The translations under genes and the position numbers were made by a program. From sequence record SRR22947727_867: a stretch of DNA of 43,304 nt. One strand, 5' to 3'. This document shows positions 1 through 9,774 of this stretch, in pieces. The notes under the pieces were generated by a model. It was not told the origin of the DNA, made no database searches, and saw only the letters and a list, made by a program, of their open reading frames with translations. How positions within the stretch are numbered: position 1 is the stretch's first letter; each line of letters opens with the position of its first letter.

Positions 1-867
1 CTTCTTCGCAGCAGGAGCCTTAGCAGCAGCCTTCTTCTCAGCGGCAGGAGCAGCGTCTGCTGCTTCAACAGGCGCTTCGGTCGTGGCGGCCGGGGCATCA
101 CCTGACTGCTCGAGGAGCTCGCGCTCCCACTCAGCAAGTGGCTCGACTGCGGAGACGTTGCCCTCAGCTTCAGGCTTCTGGTGGCGCTCAATGAGGCCCT
201 CAGCAACAGCGTCGGCGATCACCTTGGTGAGGAGAGCGACGGAGCGGATGGCGTCATCGTTACCAGGAATCGGGTACTGAAGGTCATCGGGGTCAGCGTT
301 GGAGTCCAAGATTCCCACGACAGGAATGCCCAGCTTTCTGGCCTCGTCGATAGCGAGGTGCTCGCGAATGGGGTCGATGACCCAGATCGCGCTGGGGGCC
401 TTCTGCAGGGTACGAATACCACCGAGAGACTTCTGCAGCTTGGTCAGCTCACGCTTCTTCAGCAACAGTTCCTTCTTGGTGTAACCCTGAGTGGTGTCCT
501 CGTAGTCGATTTCTTCAAGCTCTTTCATGCGACCCAGGCGCTTGGAGACAGTCTGGAAGTTGGTCAGAAGACCACCCAACCAACGCTCGTTCACATAGGG
601 CTGGCCGACGCGGGTTGCCTGCTCGGAGACAGACTCCTGAGCCTGCTTCTTCGTTCCCACGAAGAGGACGGTGCCGCCGTGGGCGACGGTCTCCTTGACG
701 AAGTCGTAGGCCTTGTCAATGTAGGCCAGGGACTGCTGAAGGTCGATGATGTGAATACCGCTGCGCTCGGTCAAGATAAAACGCTTGACTTTCGGGTTCC
801 AGCGGCGGGTCTGGTGTCCAAAGTGAACGCCAGCGTCCAGTAGTTGTCTAATAGTGACGGTAGCCAT
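1..867 (-). CDS. rpsB: 30S ribosomal protein S2 (3' end runs off the window)
   Basis: Translated by hand: [46 protein letters not shown]..., the S2 signature. SD AAGGAG at 875-880. Ala/Glu/Lys-rich tail. Not in the ORF track because it has no stop within the window. Confidence 0.97.
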   Translation of the reverse strand, partial: MATVTIRQLLDAGVHFGHQTRRWNPKVKRFILTERSGIHIIDLQQSLAYIDKAYDFVKETVAHGGTVLFVGTKKQAQESVSEQATRVGQPYVNERWLGGLLTNFQTVSKRLGRMKELEEIDYEDTTQGYTKKELLLKKRELTKLQKSLGGIRTLQKAPSAIWVIDPIREHLAIDEARKLGIPVVGILDSNADPDDLQYPIPGNDDAIRSVALLTKVIADAVAEGLIERHQKPEAEGNVSAVEPLAEWERELLEQSGDAPAATTEAPVEAADAAPAAEKKAAAKAPAAKK

Positions 868-1030
868 GACGGCTCTCCTTTTATTCTCGGTTTCTCCCAC
901 ACGATTGTGTGAGCCTGGTGCCGAGGCCACCACCGCACTCCAACAGAAACTTCCCGAAGGGAGAGACTGTCTGGAGACCGACGGGTGTGAACCTTGATCG
1001 ACACGCGAAGTCACAGAGCGAACTCTGCGC
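868..1030 (-). promoter_or_regulatory. Structured rpsB 5' leader (probable S2 autoregulatory RNA element)
   Basis: -10 TATGCT at 1037-1042 (minus). Stem CTCCAGACAG/CTGTTGGAG (976-967 / 946-938) encloses a TCCC-TTCG-GGA hairpin (952-962). rpsB leaders are known S2 feedback elements. Confidence 0.6.
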
Positions 1031-1075
1031 CCGCCCAGCATAGCGCGTGCGACCGGGAAAAACGAGCGGGAGAAT

Positions 1076-1648
1076 CTAGCCCAGTGCGCCAATCGCCGGC
1101 GCGAGCGCCCGAAAGGCCTGGCCGCGATGAGACAGCTCATCTTTCTGCTCTGCCGTGAGCTCCGCTGACGTCACTGAGTGCCCCTCGGGAATAAACACGG
1201 GGTCATAGCCAAAGCCGCCTGATCCCGCGGGGTGGTGGGCAAGCGAGCCCTCCCACCGCTTCTCGATAACCACCTCTCCCCCGTCGTGGACGAGTGCTGC
1301 GGCGCAGACGAAGGCCGCTGCACGATCCTCCACTCCTGCCATCTCTGCGAGAACTTTTGCCGTGTTATCCGCATCTAACCCGGTCTCGGCGTAACGCGCG
1401 GAGAAAATTCCTGGTCGACCCTCCAGCGCGCGTACTTCGAGTCCGGAATCATCGGCGATGGCGGGGTGGCCCGTGGCCGCAAACGCGGAACGCGCTTTGA
1501 TCAGAGCGTTCGCCGAAAAAGTGTCGCCATCTTCCACCGGTGAGTCCTCCGGGGAGGGCTCGAGCGTGATCCCGGGAATGAGATCCTCCAGAATTCTCTG
1601 CAATTCCAGGACTTTGTGGGCGTTCTTGGTGCCCACCACGATGCGCAT
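1076..1648 (-). CDS. rdgB: Non-canonical purine NTP pyrophosphatase (RdgB/HAM1)
   Basis: TKNAHK, ENA-like [29 protein letters not shown] and SHRGQA motifs; directly downstream of rph. ATG at 1648 preferred over TTG at 1654. Confidence 0.95.
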   Translation of the reverse strand: MRIVVGTKNAHKVLELQRILEDLIPGITLEPSPEDSPVEDGDTFSANALIKARSAFAATGHPAIADDSGLEVRALEGRPGIFSARYAETGLDADNTAKVLAEMAGVEDRAAAFVCAAALVHDGGEVVIEKRWEGSLAHHPAGSGGFGYDPVFIPEGHSVTSAELTAEQKDELSHRGQAFRALAPAIGALG

Positions 1649-1650
1649 AC

Positions 1651-2379
1651 TCAAGAAATTCCGAGGGCTTCGCGCTGAATCCGGGCAAGCTCGGTGGTGC
1701 CGGCAAGCGCCAAATCCAACAAACGGTCCAGTTCCGCACGCTCAAAGGGTGTCCCCTCCGCGGTTCCTTGCACCTCGACGAAGGACCCGCGACCGGTGAC
1801 GACCACGTTCATGTCCGTGTCAGCAGACACGTCTTCGACATAGGCAAGATCCAACAGCGGTGTCCCGTCGACGATGCCGACACTGATCGCGGCAACAGAG
1901 TCCCGCAGTGGAGCAGCGGACTTTTTCACGTGGCCGTGTTCGATGGCCCAGCTCAGCGAGTCCGCGAGCGCCACATACGCTCCGGTGATGGCAGCCGTCC
2001 TGGTGCCGCCATCGGCTTGCAACACATCGCAGTCGATGACGATGGTGTTCTCCCCCAGCTGGTTGAGGTCAATAATGCCGCGCAGTGAGCGCCCGATCAG
2101 TCGAGAAATTTCGTGGGTGCGACCGCCAATCTTGCCTTTCACGGACTCGCGATCCATGCGGTCGTTCGTCGATCGGGGAAGCATGCCGTACTCGGCCGTC
2201 ACCCACCCACGACCTTTACCGTTCAACCAGCGCGGAACACCGGGGGTGAAGGAGGCGGTGCAGAGGACTTTGGTGTTACCAAAGGAAATCAGCGCGCTCC
2301 CCTCGGCTTGCTCACTCCAGCCGCGCTCAATCGATACGGGGCGAAGCTCACTGGCGAGTCGGCCATCAGCGCGGGTCAT
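1651..2379 (-). CDS. rph: Ribonuclease PH
   Basis: [52 protein letters not shown] and EVQGTAE motifs. Confidence 0.98.
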   Translation of the reverse strand: MTRADGRLASELRPVSIERGWSEQAEGSALISFGNTKVLCTASFTPGVPRWLNGKGRGWVTAEYGMLPRSTNDRMDRESVKGKIGGRTHEISRLIGRSLRGIIDLNQLGENTIVIDCDVLQADGGTRTAAITGAYVALADSLSWAIEHGHVKKSAAPLRDSVAAISVGIVDGTPLLDLAYVEDVSADTDMNVVVTGRGSFVEVQGTAEGTPFERAELDRLLDLALAGTTELARIQREALGIS

Positions 2380-3779
2380 GGGTTCTCCTTGCGGGTGCTC
2401 TCAATATGGGAGCGGAAATCTTCCGCCCGGTGTTGGTAATCACGGTACTGGCCAAAGCTCGGCGCTGCGGGCGAGAGGAGAACATAGTCTCCTGGTCCCG
2501 CGAGTTCGCGGGCTCGTGTCACGGCGGTTTCCATGTCAGGAACCTCTTCGAGGTGAACTGCTGGGGCATCCCCAGAGCGCTCGAGGGCTTCTCGAAACAA
2601 CCCCAGCAATTTCTGACCGCTCGCGGGGAGCCCAAGAATATGGCGGGGCTTGGACGCGAGCACCTGGTCCACCAGGGGCTGGTAGTCCACACCTCGATCT
2701 TGTCCTCCCACAATCCAGACCATTCCCGGCGAGGACAGGGATCGGAGTGCTGCTGCACCCGCCTGCGGGTTCGTCGCCAAAGAGTCGTTGATGAAGACAA
2801 CACCGCTGGGGTCAGTAATTTTCTCCAGGCGGTGGGGAAGCCCTTCAAAACTGCTGAGAACTGGCTCGATGGAGCTCATCACCAAATGCCCAGTCGCCCA
2901 GGCGATGGCGAGAGCCATCAGCATGTTGTGGTGGTTGTGACGCCCCACAATGCTGGAGTTCGCGGTGTGGAAAAGCCTCTCCTCGCCACGACAGAGCCAG
3001 GACTCGTCACCATCAGGCTCGAGATGCCACTCGTGTCCCTCTCCCACCCAGGTGATGAGCAGACCAGGGTGTCTTGTCGATAGCTCCTGACGCAGGATGG
3101 GATCATCCGCGTTAGCGACCACCTGTTCTGGTCCGTGCGCCACGATGCCGAGTTTGTCGCCGTAATAGGTGTCACAGTCCCCGTGCCAATCCAAATGCTC
3201 GGGGAAGAGGGCTGTGAGACCGACCACCCGAGGGGACGCCTCTAGGTAGTGGCATTGAAAGCTGGAGAGTTCTGCGGCATAAAACTCTGCGCTCTTAAGC
3301 CCCAGCAGGGGAATCCCCATATTGCCGCCCAGTGCTGCGTCAAGCCCTGAGCCCTGCAGAAGCGCGTGAACCAGCGTGGTGGTGGTGGATTTCCCCTTTG
3401 ACCCGGTGATGCCAACCATTCGCTCAGCATGCTCTGCCACAAACATCGCGCTGCCCGAGATCAGGGGAATGGAAAGTTCTCGAAGCGATCGATGAAGTTC
3501 ACTCGTGATCGCAATGCCGGGAGAGACGACCCCAATGGTGGCGTCCTGGCACGCGGACGGAATACCGCCCTGCTCATCCGCGATATGCAGAGGGATGCTG
3601 GGGAAAGACTTGCGAAAAGCCTCGGTGGAGGGACCCTCCCGGCCATCCACAGCCATGAGCGCAGGGGCAGGATTGAGAGCAGCAAGACGCGTCGCCACTG
3701 CAGTCCCCTCGCGACCCACTCCGGCTATGAGAACTTGCTGGCCGGCGAGATCCGCGAGAGCGGTCGGTGCTTTAGGCAA
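2376..3779 (-). CDS. murD2: MurD2-type UDP-MurNAc-peptide:L-glutamate ligase
   Basis: Mur ligase motifs with MurD2-like variants: [68 protein letters not shown]. Adjacent to murL. Start uncertain: TTG 3779 overlapping the murL stop is chosen; the ORF is open to 3854. Confidence 0.85.
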   Translation of the reverse strand: MPKAPTALADLAGQQVLIAGVGREGTAVATRLAALNPAPALMAVDGREGPSTEAFRKSFPSIPLHIADEQGGIPSACQDATIGVVSPGIAITSELHRSLRELSIPLISGSAMFVAEHAERMVGITGSKGKSTTTTLVHALLQGSGLDAALGGNMGIPLLGLKSAEFYAAELSSFQCHYLEASPRVVGLTALFPEHLDWHGDCDTYYGDKLGIVAHGPEQVVANADDPILRQELSTRHPGLLITWVGEGHEWHLEPDGDESWLCRGEERLFHTANSSIVGRHNHHNMLMALAIAWATGHLVMSSIEPVLSSFEGLPHRLEKITDPSGVVFINDSLATNPQAGAAALRSLSSPGMVWIVGGQDRGVDYQPLVDQVLASKPRHILGLPASGQKLLGLFREALERSGDAPAVHLEEVPDMETAVTRARELAGPGDYVLLSPAAPSFGQYRDYQHRAEDFRSHIESTRKENP

Positions 3780-5133
3780 GGACGCTTCCCAGTGTTCCAA
3801 ACGGCGCAGGGAGACTGAGACGACCCTGGCGCTCGCCGAGGACCTGCTCCTCAAGTTCTGGGTGGTGCTTCAACAACTCCGGCATCTCCTCGGTGAGGGC
3901 ACTCACCACCGCACTGTGGCTCCAGTCACTCTGGTGAGAAATCCAAGTGAAAGCCAACAGGGACTCGGCCTGCTCCCCCACACACTCGAAGGGACGGTGC
4001 TCATGCAACCCCAGGAGTGCCCGGTACCCCTCAACCTGGGTGGGGTTATCCAGAAGGTTGTCGGCAAACATTCGGGTGAGAGAGGTCGAGGGAATAAAGG
4101 GGCTGAGAATCAAGAAGATAAAGCGACACTTATCGCAATCACCGCACCAGCGCGCATCCTCGACTCCACGACGAAAGGCTCTGTTGCAACTGGTGATCAC
4201 CGGGTGGTACTCCGGCAAGGCCGCGAAATAACGCGCAATTTGGACCTCGCTGTAGGGGCGCAAGAGAGAGAAGTACGCACCAGCGGAGAGCCCCGCCTGC
4301 GGGCCCAGCATGTCCTGGAGAAGACTTTCGGCTTCTTCAGATTTTGACCACTGGTGGTTGACCTCGTGACCATCCCACTCCAGCGTCGCTTCAGAAGCGC
4401 TCGCCTCGAGGGACATGACCACGGGGCCCAACCCAATAATCCGAGCTTGCACGAGGGCAATCAACGAGTTCATCGCGGTCACCGGAACATGGCCGTTGAG
4501 CGCCCCGGATTCATTGAGCTCCAGCAAGCGCAGGTCAAGGTCGCGAGTCGCCGCCAACACAGGGTGGCCCTTGATGCGCCCCACCCGATAGATGATCTTG
4601 TTGGGGTTCACCGCAAACTGCACCGGATGCATCCGAGCAGCCGCCAACAATTCGACGGTCACGACGGAGTCTTTGCCCCCACCAATGGGCACTAAGGGAT
4701 CACCGGTGGGTGTCTGGTGGTCAGAGTCCGACCAGGGCTGCGCCACGGGCGCCTCCATGACGATCTCAGGCGAGAGAAGGCCCGGAAACTTGTTGCGATA
4801 CGCGTACTCCGCAAGGCCTTCGCGCAGCACGGAGCTCAGGTAGGTGAGACCTGCCTGGGTCATTCCCTCCAGGGCAATGACATAGCGCCCAGGGGCAGCA
4901 ACCTTGTAGTAGCTCAGCCCTAAGACGGCGCCCAGCATGACGGCGAGCGAGCGAACCCGAGGCCAGTCAACATCGTGTTCGGGCCGCACCGGAGTGAAAC
5001 TAATGCGCTCAGTGAAGGCGTGCGTGTGCTCCGGAGAAACGAGCTCGTAGGTGAACGAAAAACTGAAATCTTCGGCAGAAAAATCGGCGGACAGGTAACG
5101 AAATTCGGTGTAGGAGGACGGATCGAACACCAT
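3772..5133 (-). CDS. murL: MurL-type UDP-MurNAc-dipeptide L-Glu epimerase
   Basis: GLSYYK, PP-loop-like GGGKDS, NGHVPVTA, NHQWSKS, SCN, WCGDCDKCRF and PFECVG motifs match my recollection of MurL. ATG 5133 has GGGAGG upstream. Coupled to murD2. Confidence 0.85.
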   Translation of the reverse strand: MVFDPSSYTEFRYLSADFSAEDFSFSFTYELVSPEHTHAFTERISFTPVRPEHDVDWPRVRSLAVMLGAVLGLSYYKVAAPGRYVIALEGMTQAGLTYLSSVLREGLAEYAYRNKFPGLLSPEIVMEAPVAQPWSDSDHQTPTGDPLVPIGGGKDSVVTVELLAAARMHPVQFAVNPNKIIYRVGRIKGHPVLAATRDLDLRLLELNESGALNGHVPVTAMNSLIALVQARIIGLGPVVMSLEASASEATLEWDGHEVNHQWSKSEEAESLLQDMLGPQAGLSAGAYFSLLRPYSEVQIARYFAALPEYHPVITSCNRAFRRGVEDARWCGDCDKCRFIFLILSPFIPSTSLTRMFADNLLDNPTQVEGYRALLGLHEHRPFECVGEQAESLLAFTWISHQSDWSHSAVVSALTEEMPELLKHHPELEEQVLGERQGRLSLPAPFGTLGSVLA

Positions 5134-5208
5134 CGCAGTCCACACCTCCCCTGATGTCACCTGGCCCGGCAACTCCCTCATCTTACGCCTGTGAGTGCAG
5201 GAAGCCTG

Positions 5209-6699
5209 CTAGTACTCGCGACGCACGGATTCCTGCTCGAGCACCTGCTCGAGGTCGCTCAAGCGGGCGAGGCCCCCCAAAGGCTTGGAGAGTCGATGGT
5301 TGCCCCGGAGGGCGTCCTGATTCTGGTGCAAGAAGTTCCAGTACCCGGCACTCATCGGGCATGCTTTCTCGCCGACTCTCACGGTCGGCTTAAATGCGCA
5401 GGAGCCGCAGTAATTGGTCATCGTGTTGAGATAAGCCCCGCCGGAGGTGTAGGGCTTCGTTGCCACCACCCCACCATCGGCGTATTGCGACATCCCGATC
5501 ACGTTTGCCGGCATCACCCACGGGGTTCCATCCACGAACGCATCCACAAACCAGTCATTGAGGGCACGGGGATTGAATCCTCGTTGCACAGCAAAACTGC
5601 CCAGCACCATCAGCCGGTTGATGTGGTGGGTCCATCCTCGGGTGTGGACCTCATCGAGCACTTGGGCAACACAGCGCGATCGAATGTCGGAAGAATCGAG
5701 CTCGCTCCACCAGGTGGGCAGTGGTTCCTGGTGTCCCAAATAGTTGGAGTCGACGAAATCTGGTCCCAGATGCCAATACAGGTGCCACACCCAGTCCCGC
5801 CAACCCATGACCTGACGGATAAAGCCCTCAGCGCTGGCGAGCTCCACCTCACCACGCTGATAGGAAGCCTCCACCCGATCGACCACTTCTCGGGGATCCA
5901 GCAACCCGAGATTGAGCGCAGGGCTGAGCAAGGAGTGGGACATGGCCCAATCTCCCTGCATCGCTGCGTCCTCGTGGGGACCAAAGGTTGAAAGCCTGGT
6001 GGACACAAAGTGCTCCAGAGCCTCCACGGCTTCTGCTCGTGTGGCGGGAAAGAGCCTCGGTCCATCCGCGCCGAGGAAGCGAACCTCGCCGGATGCTTCC
6101 AAACCATCCAGGTATTCGCGGACTTCCCGGTCAATCTCGTCTTCCACTGGATACCAGGGGGCCTCGACCCCCAGGGTGTCCTGTCCCCTCGGTGGTGGTT
6201 CCCGATTGTCGTGGTCAAAGTTGAACTGCCCGTCCTCTGGCTCCAGCTCTCCAGAGGCGCCAGAAACCATCAGAATCCCGGTCTGGCGACGCTGGTGGCG
6301 ATAGAAGTTCTCCATCAGCAAGCGCTTGGGCTGAGCAGAAGCCCACTGCCCAAACTCTTCCTCGCTCGCCACAAATCCCCGAGAGGGAAGCACCTCGAGA
6401 GTGGAGCTCTCGCTCAGATCCTGAACTAACGCCCGAAGCCCCCAGGAGGTGGGATTCACCACGCTGGCGTCTAGCCCGCCCAAGACCTCGTGATACGTCT
6501 CACCGCGCCTGATCTCAGCCCGTGACCCCAATTCGGCCGCCCGATGGCGCAGTGCCGAGAGAATCAGATGAGCTTTCTGGCGGTGGTATCGACGTCGCCG
6601 AAAGGGTCCGAGTACCTCGGGGATGATGACGGACTGGTCCTCCACAAAATGCGGACCCAATTGGTCCGCAAAAAGGATGCGGGGAAGGCTCGTGGACAT
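5209..6699 (-). CDS. Fe-S bacterial cryptochrome/photolyase (FeS-BCP; PhrB/CryB-like (6-4) photolyase family)
   Basis: N-terminal ILFADQL, ME.FYR..R, FNFDHDNR, FGPHEDA, HSLLSPALNLGLL, EGFIRQVMGWRD, HHINRLMV, KPY. Four Cys in the Fe-S pattern (SRC, YCGSC, ACP). Confidence 0.9.
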   Translation of the reverse strand: MSTSLPRILFADQLGPHFVEDQSVIIPEVLGPFRRRRYHRQKAHLILSALRHRAAELGSRAEIRRGETYHEVLGGLDASVVNPTSWGLRALVQDLSESSTLEVLPSRGFVASEEEFGQWASAQPKRLLMENFYRHQRRQTGILMVSGASGELEPEDGQFNFDHDNREPPPRGQDTLGVEAPWYPVEDEIDREVREYLDGLEASGEVRFLGADGPRLFPATRAEAVEALEHFVSTRLSTFGPHEDAAMQGDWAMSHSLLSPALNLGLLDPREVVDRVEASYQRGEVELASAEGFIRQVMGWRDWVWHLYWHLGPDFVDSNYLGHQEPLPTWWSELDSSDIRSRCVAQVLDEVHTRGWTHHINRLMVLGSFAVQRGFNPRALNDWFVDAFVDGTPWVMPANVIGMSQYADGGVVATKPYTSGGAYLNTMTNYCGSCAFKPTVRVGEKACPMSAGYWNFLHQNQDALRGNHRLSKPLGGLARLSDLEQVLEQESVRREY

Positions 6700-6743
6700 T
6701 GTCGCCAGTGTAGGAGTAAACCCTGAAGGGTAGGCTCTTTCCC

Positions 6744-8036
6744 GTGTCGACAGCCCTGCTCACAGATCACTACGAGCTGACCATGGTGGATGCCGCCCGC
6801 AAGTCAGGGCGGGGTGACCGCGGAGCCGTTTTCGAGGTGTTCGCCCGGCACTTGCCAGCCGGACGGCGCTATGGCGTAGTCGCTGGCACCGCACGCCTGC
6901 TCGACGCTATCGCCGAGTTTCGTTTTGGGCCACAAGAGCTCACTTTCCTGAAAGCCAACGCCATTGTGTCGAGCGAGACTCTCGACTGGCTGGAGTCCTA
7001 CCGCTTTAGCGGGACCATTCGTGGCTACGCCGAGGGTGATCTCTACTTCCCCGGCTCCCCCATTCTCAGCGTGGAGGGCGAGTTTCAGGAAGCCGTCGTA
7101 CTCGAAACGCTGATTCTCAGCGTGCTGAACTACGACACCGCTGTGGCCAGTGCCGCCAGCCGCATGGTCCAAGCAGCTGACTCACGACCGCTCATCGAGA
7201 TGGGGGCGAGACGCGCGAGCGAAAGAAGCGCTGTTGCCGCTGCACGCGCCGCCTACATCGCCGGATTTGATGCCACCAGCAACTTAGAGGCGGGGCGAAG
7301 CTATGGCATCCCCACTCGAGGAACAGCAGCCCACTCCTTCACCCTGGTCCACGACTCCGAGGAAGAAGCCTTCCAGGCGCAAATTGCGTCCATGGGTACA
7401 GGGACAACCCTCCTGATTGACACCTACGACATCGAAGCCGGGGTTGCCACCGCGGTGAAAGTCGCGGGCACCGAACTCGGCGCTGTGCGAATCGACTCGG
7501 GCGACTTACCCGTCGTGGTGCGCTCGGTTCGAGACCAATTGGATTCCCTCGGCGCGACCTCGACAAAGATCGTGGTCACCAACGACCTCAACGAACACAC
7601 CATTGCGGGCCTGCGAGGAGCACCCGTGGACGTGTTTGGCGTGGGAACGAGTGTGGTGACTGGTTCTGGATCCCCTGCGGTGGGCCTGGTCTACAAACTC
7701 GTGGCCCGAACCTCAGACCACGGCGAATTTGTGCCAGTAGCCAAGCGCAGCTCCCACAAAGGAAACCCGGGTGGGCGAAAGACCGCGTTTCGGATAGTGA
7801 ATGACGGAATCGCCAGCGAAGAAATCGTCAGCACTGACCCGACCTATCAACCCCCCGCTGGCGCGCGTGCTCTGCTGACCACTCTGATGGAGAACGGTGA
7901 GCCAGTCGGTTCGATGAGTCCGCACGACACCGTGGAAGCCGCCCGCGAACATCACCGCCTGGCACTGGCAGAGATGCCCGCTTCGGCGTTCTCGTTGAGC
8001 TCTGGAGAACCCGCCATTCCCACTCGAGTGCTCTAG
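6744..8036 (+). CDS. pncB: Nicotinate phosphoribosyltransferase
   Basis: LLTDHYELTM, FEVFAR, EMGARR, TSNLEAG, GTAAHS, LIDTYD, VRIDSGD, GVGT and VYKLV motifs. Confidence 0.95.
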   Translation: MSTALLTDHYELTMVDAARKSGRGDRGAVFEVFARHLPAGRRYGVVAGTARLLDAIAEFRFGPQELTFLKANAIVSSETLDWLESYRFSGTIRGYAEGDLYFPGSPILSVEGEFQEAVVLETLILSVLNYDTAVASAASRMVQAADSRPLIEMGARRASERSAVAAARAAYIAGFDATSNLEAGRSYGIPTRGTAAHSFTLVHDSEEEAFQAQIASMGTGTTLLIDTYDIEAGVATAVKVAGTELGAVRIDSGDLPVVVRSVRDQLDSLGATSTKIVVTNDLNEHTIAGLRGAPVDVFGVGTSVVTGSGSPAVGLVYKLVARTSDHGEFVPVAKRSSHKGNPGGRKTAFRIVNDGIASEEIVSTDPTYQPPAGARALLTTLMENGEPVGSMSPHDTVEAAREHHRLALAEMPASAFSLSSGEPAIPTRVL

Positions 8037-8059
8037 GCCTCCCCGGTTACCATAGGGGC

Positions 8060-8317
8060 ATGGCAGCAGACACAGAGGGCACTACTGACGTCCTCGACCG
8101 GGAACTGGAGAAACTCCTCAACGAGGAGCAAGTCGAGGATGGCGATCACGATCGCTACTCGCACTATGTCAAGAAGGACAAAATTCTCAAGAGTGCTCTC
8201 TCGGGCAAGCCCGTCATCGCACTCTGTGGCAAAGTCTGGGTGCCAGGCCGAGATCCCGAGAAGTTTCCGGTGTGCCCCACCTGCAAAGACATCTACGAGA
8301 AGCTTCGCGACGAGTAG
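8060..8317 (+). CDS. DUF3039 family small Zn-finger-like protein
   Basis: GDHDRYSHYV...ALCGKVWVP.RDP.KFPVCPTCK, typical of this actinobacterial family; adjacent to pncB. Confidence 0.85.
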   Translation: MAADTEGTTDVLDRELEKLLNEEQVEDGDHDRYSHYVKKDKILKSALSGKPVIALCGKVWVPGRDPEKFPVCPTCKDIYEKLRDE

Positions 8318-9688
8318 CTAGAGGTTGCCCAGCGTCACTTCGACTGTGTAGGTGTTGCCGGAGCGCACGTAGGTCAGGGTCGCATTTGACCCTCCGGGCA
8401 GGACCCGCACCTGAGCGGTCAAATCAATCCGGTTGGTGACCGGGAGTCCGTTGAACCTCGTCACAACGTCACCCGCTCGAATTCCCGCACGATCAGCTGA
8501 ACCCCCGGGGGTGACGCTGTCAATGTAGGCGCCAGTCACCGTGGCGGATGCCACCGAACTGGCGTCAGTGACCAGCGCACCCAAAAGACCATGGCTCGCG
8601 GCACCAGACTCGATCAGCTCGGTGGCAACCCGAAGAGCGAAGTTGGAGGGAATAGCGAAGCCCAACCCAATACTCCCCGAACCTTGCCCGCCGGTCGAGG
8701 CTATGGCCACGTTCACGCCGATGAGCTCGCCCGAGGTATTCAGGAGCGCTCCCCCCGAATTACCGGGGTTAATCGAAGCATCAGTTTGAATGACCGGTAG
8801 CGAGATGGTCTGCCCAATGGAAACACCGCCGGGCAGGTCAAAGTCGAACTGTCCATCTTCCTCACCGGGAGCGCTAGAGGCTCCAACCGTGATGCTCCGG
8901 TTGATCGCAGAAATGATTCCGCTCGTGACTGTCCCCGGGAGACCCAAGGGGGCTCCAATGGCGATGGTCTCATCCCCGACGTTCAGGGCATCAGAGTCGC
9001 CCACTGCCATCACGGAGAAAGGTCCCTCGCTGTCGATCTTGATCACGGCAATGTCAGAGAGAATGTCTCGCCCCACCACCGTGGCGCCGAGAAGGCGCCC
9101 ATCGGACGTGGTGACCCGAATAGCGGGTTCTTGAGCGCCACTGGAGACCACGTGAGCGTTGGTCATCACGTGCCCCTCCTCAGAGATAATCACGCCAGAG
9201 CCACTACCCGCGCCCTGAGCTCCCGCTACCTCGATTGTCACCACGGAAGGCATAGCGGTGGCAGCGACAGCGGTGATCTCACTGGCATCAGCAGGAGCGT
9301 TCACCGTGATGGTTTGGGGGCTTTGAACTCCTGGAGTCACCAAACCCCGGGATGACAGATTCCAGATAGCAAAGGCGCCGCCAGCGGTCCCGCCCAGCAA
9401 GCCACCGACCAGCAAGGCGGCGGTCACAAAGACACCGAGAGTCCTGGCGCGCTTCTTGTCGGCTTCCCTCACTCGAGCCTGGGCGCGCGTGTAGCTGTCG
9501 GAAATCCCACCGTATACGGAGGGGTCAAAAGGAGACACAGAAACAGGAGCAGATGGGGTGGAAGGTGCAGTGGCCGTATCTGCTTCGCCTGGAATCGCAG
9601 TCTCTGGGGCAGTCTCAGCCTCCGCCACCGTCTCGGGAGCGGTGTCGGGAGAGTCGCTGCTCTCCGGCGTGGGATCAGTCTGAGTCAC
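8318..9688 (-). CDS. HtrA/DegP-like S1C serine protease with TM anchor and PDZ domain
   Basis: GSGSGVI, TNAHVV, DIAVIK, IQTDASINPGNSGG, C-terminal PDZ, acidic N-terminus followed by a TM helix. GTG 9688 has AGGA upstream. Confidence 0.93.
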   Translation of the reverse strand: MTQTDPTPESSDSPDTAPETVAEAETAPETAIPGEADTATAPSTPSAPVSVSPFDPSVYGGISDSYTRAQARVREADKKRARTLGVFVTAALLVGGLLGGTAGGAFAIWNLSSRGLVTPGVQSPQTITVNAPADASEITAVAATAMPSVVTIEVAGAQGAGSGSGVIISEEGHVMTNAHVVSSGAQEPAIRVTTSDGRLLGATVVGRDILSDIAVIKIDSEGPFSVMAVGDSDALNVGDETIAIGAPLGLPGTVTSGIISAINRSITVGASSAPGEEDGQFDFDLPGGVSIGQTISLPVIQTDASINPGNSGGALLNTSGELIGVNVAIASTGGQGSGSIGLGFAIPSNFALRVATELIESGAASHGLLGALVTDASSVASATVTGAYIDSVTPGGSADRAGIRAGDVVTRFNGLPVTNRIDLTAQVRVLPGGSNATLTYVRSGNTYTVEVTLGNL

Positions 9689-9774
9689 GTTTCGAATCCT
9701 TCCTGAGAGCACCAGTGTGGGAGTGAAACCTGAACGAACCCCTCAGCAATCCCTAACGATACCTGGTGACTTCC

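Noticed and set aside
181-843. 220-aa plus-strand ORF
   Set aside because: Antisense shadow of rpsB; no recognisable motifs.
9689-9774. TTAGG/TGAGG/TCAGG repeats at 11-12 nt spacing upstream of htrA (MprA/OmpR-like boxes)
   Set aside because: Too degenerate to call without comparative data.
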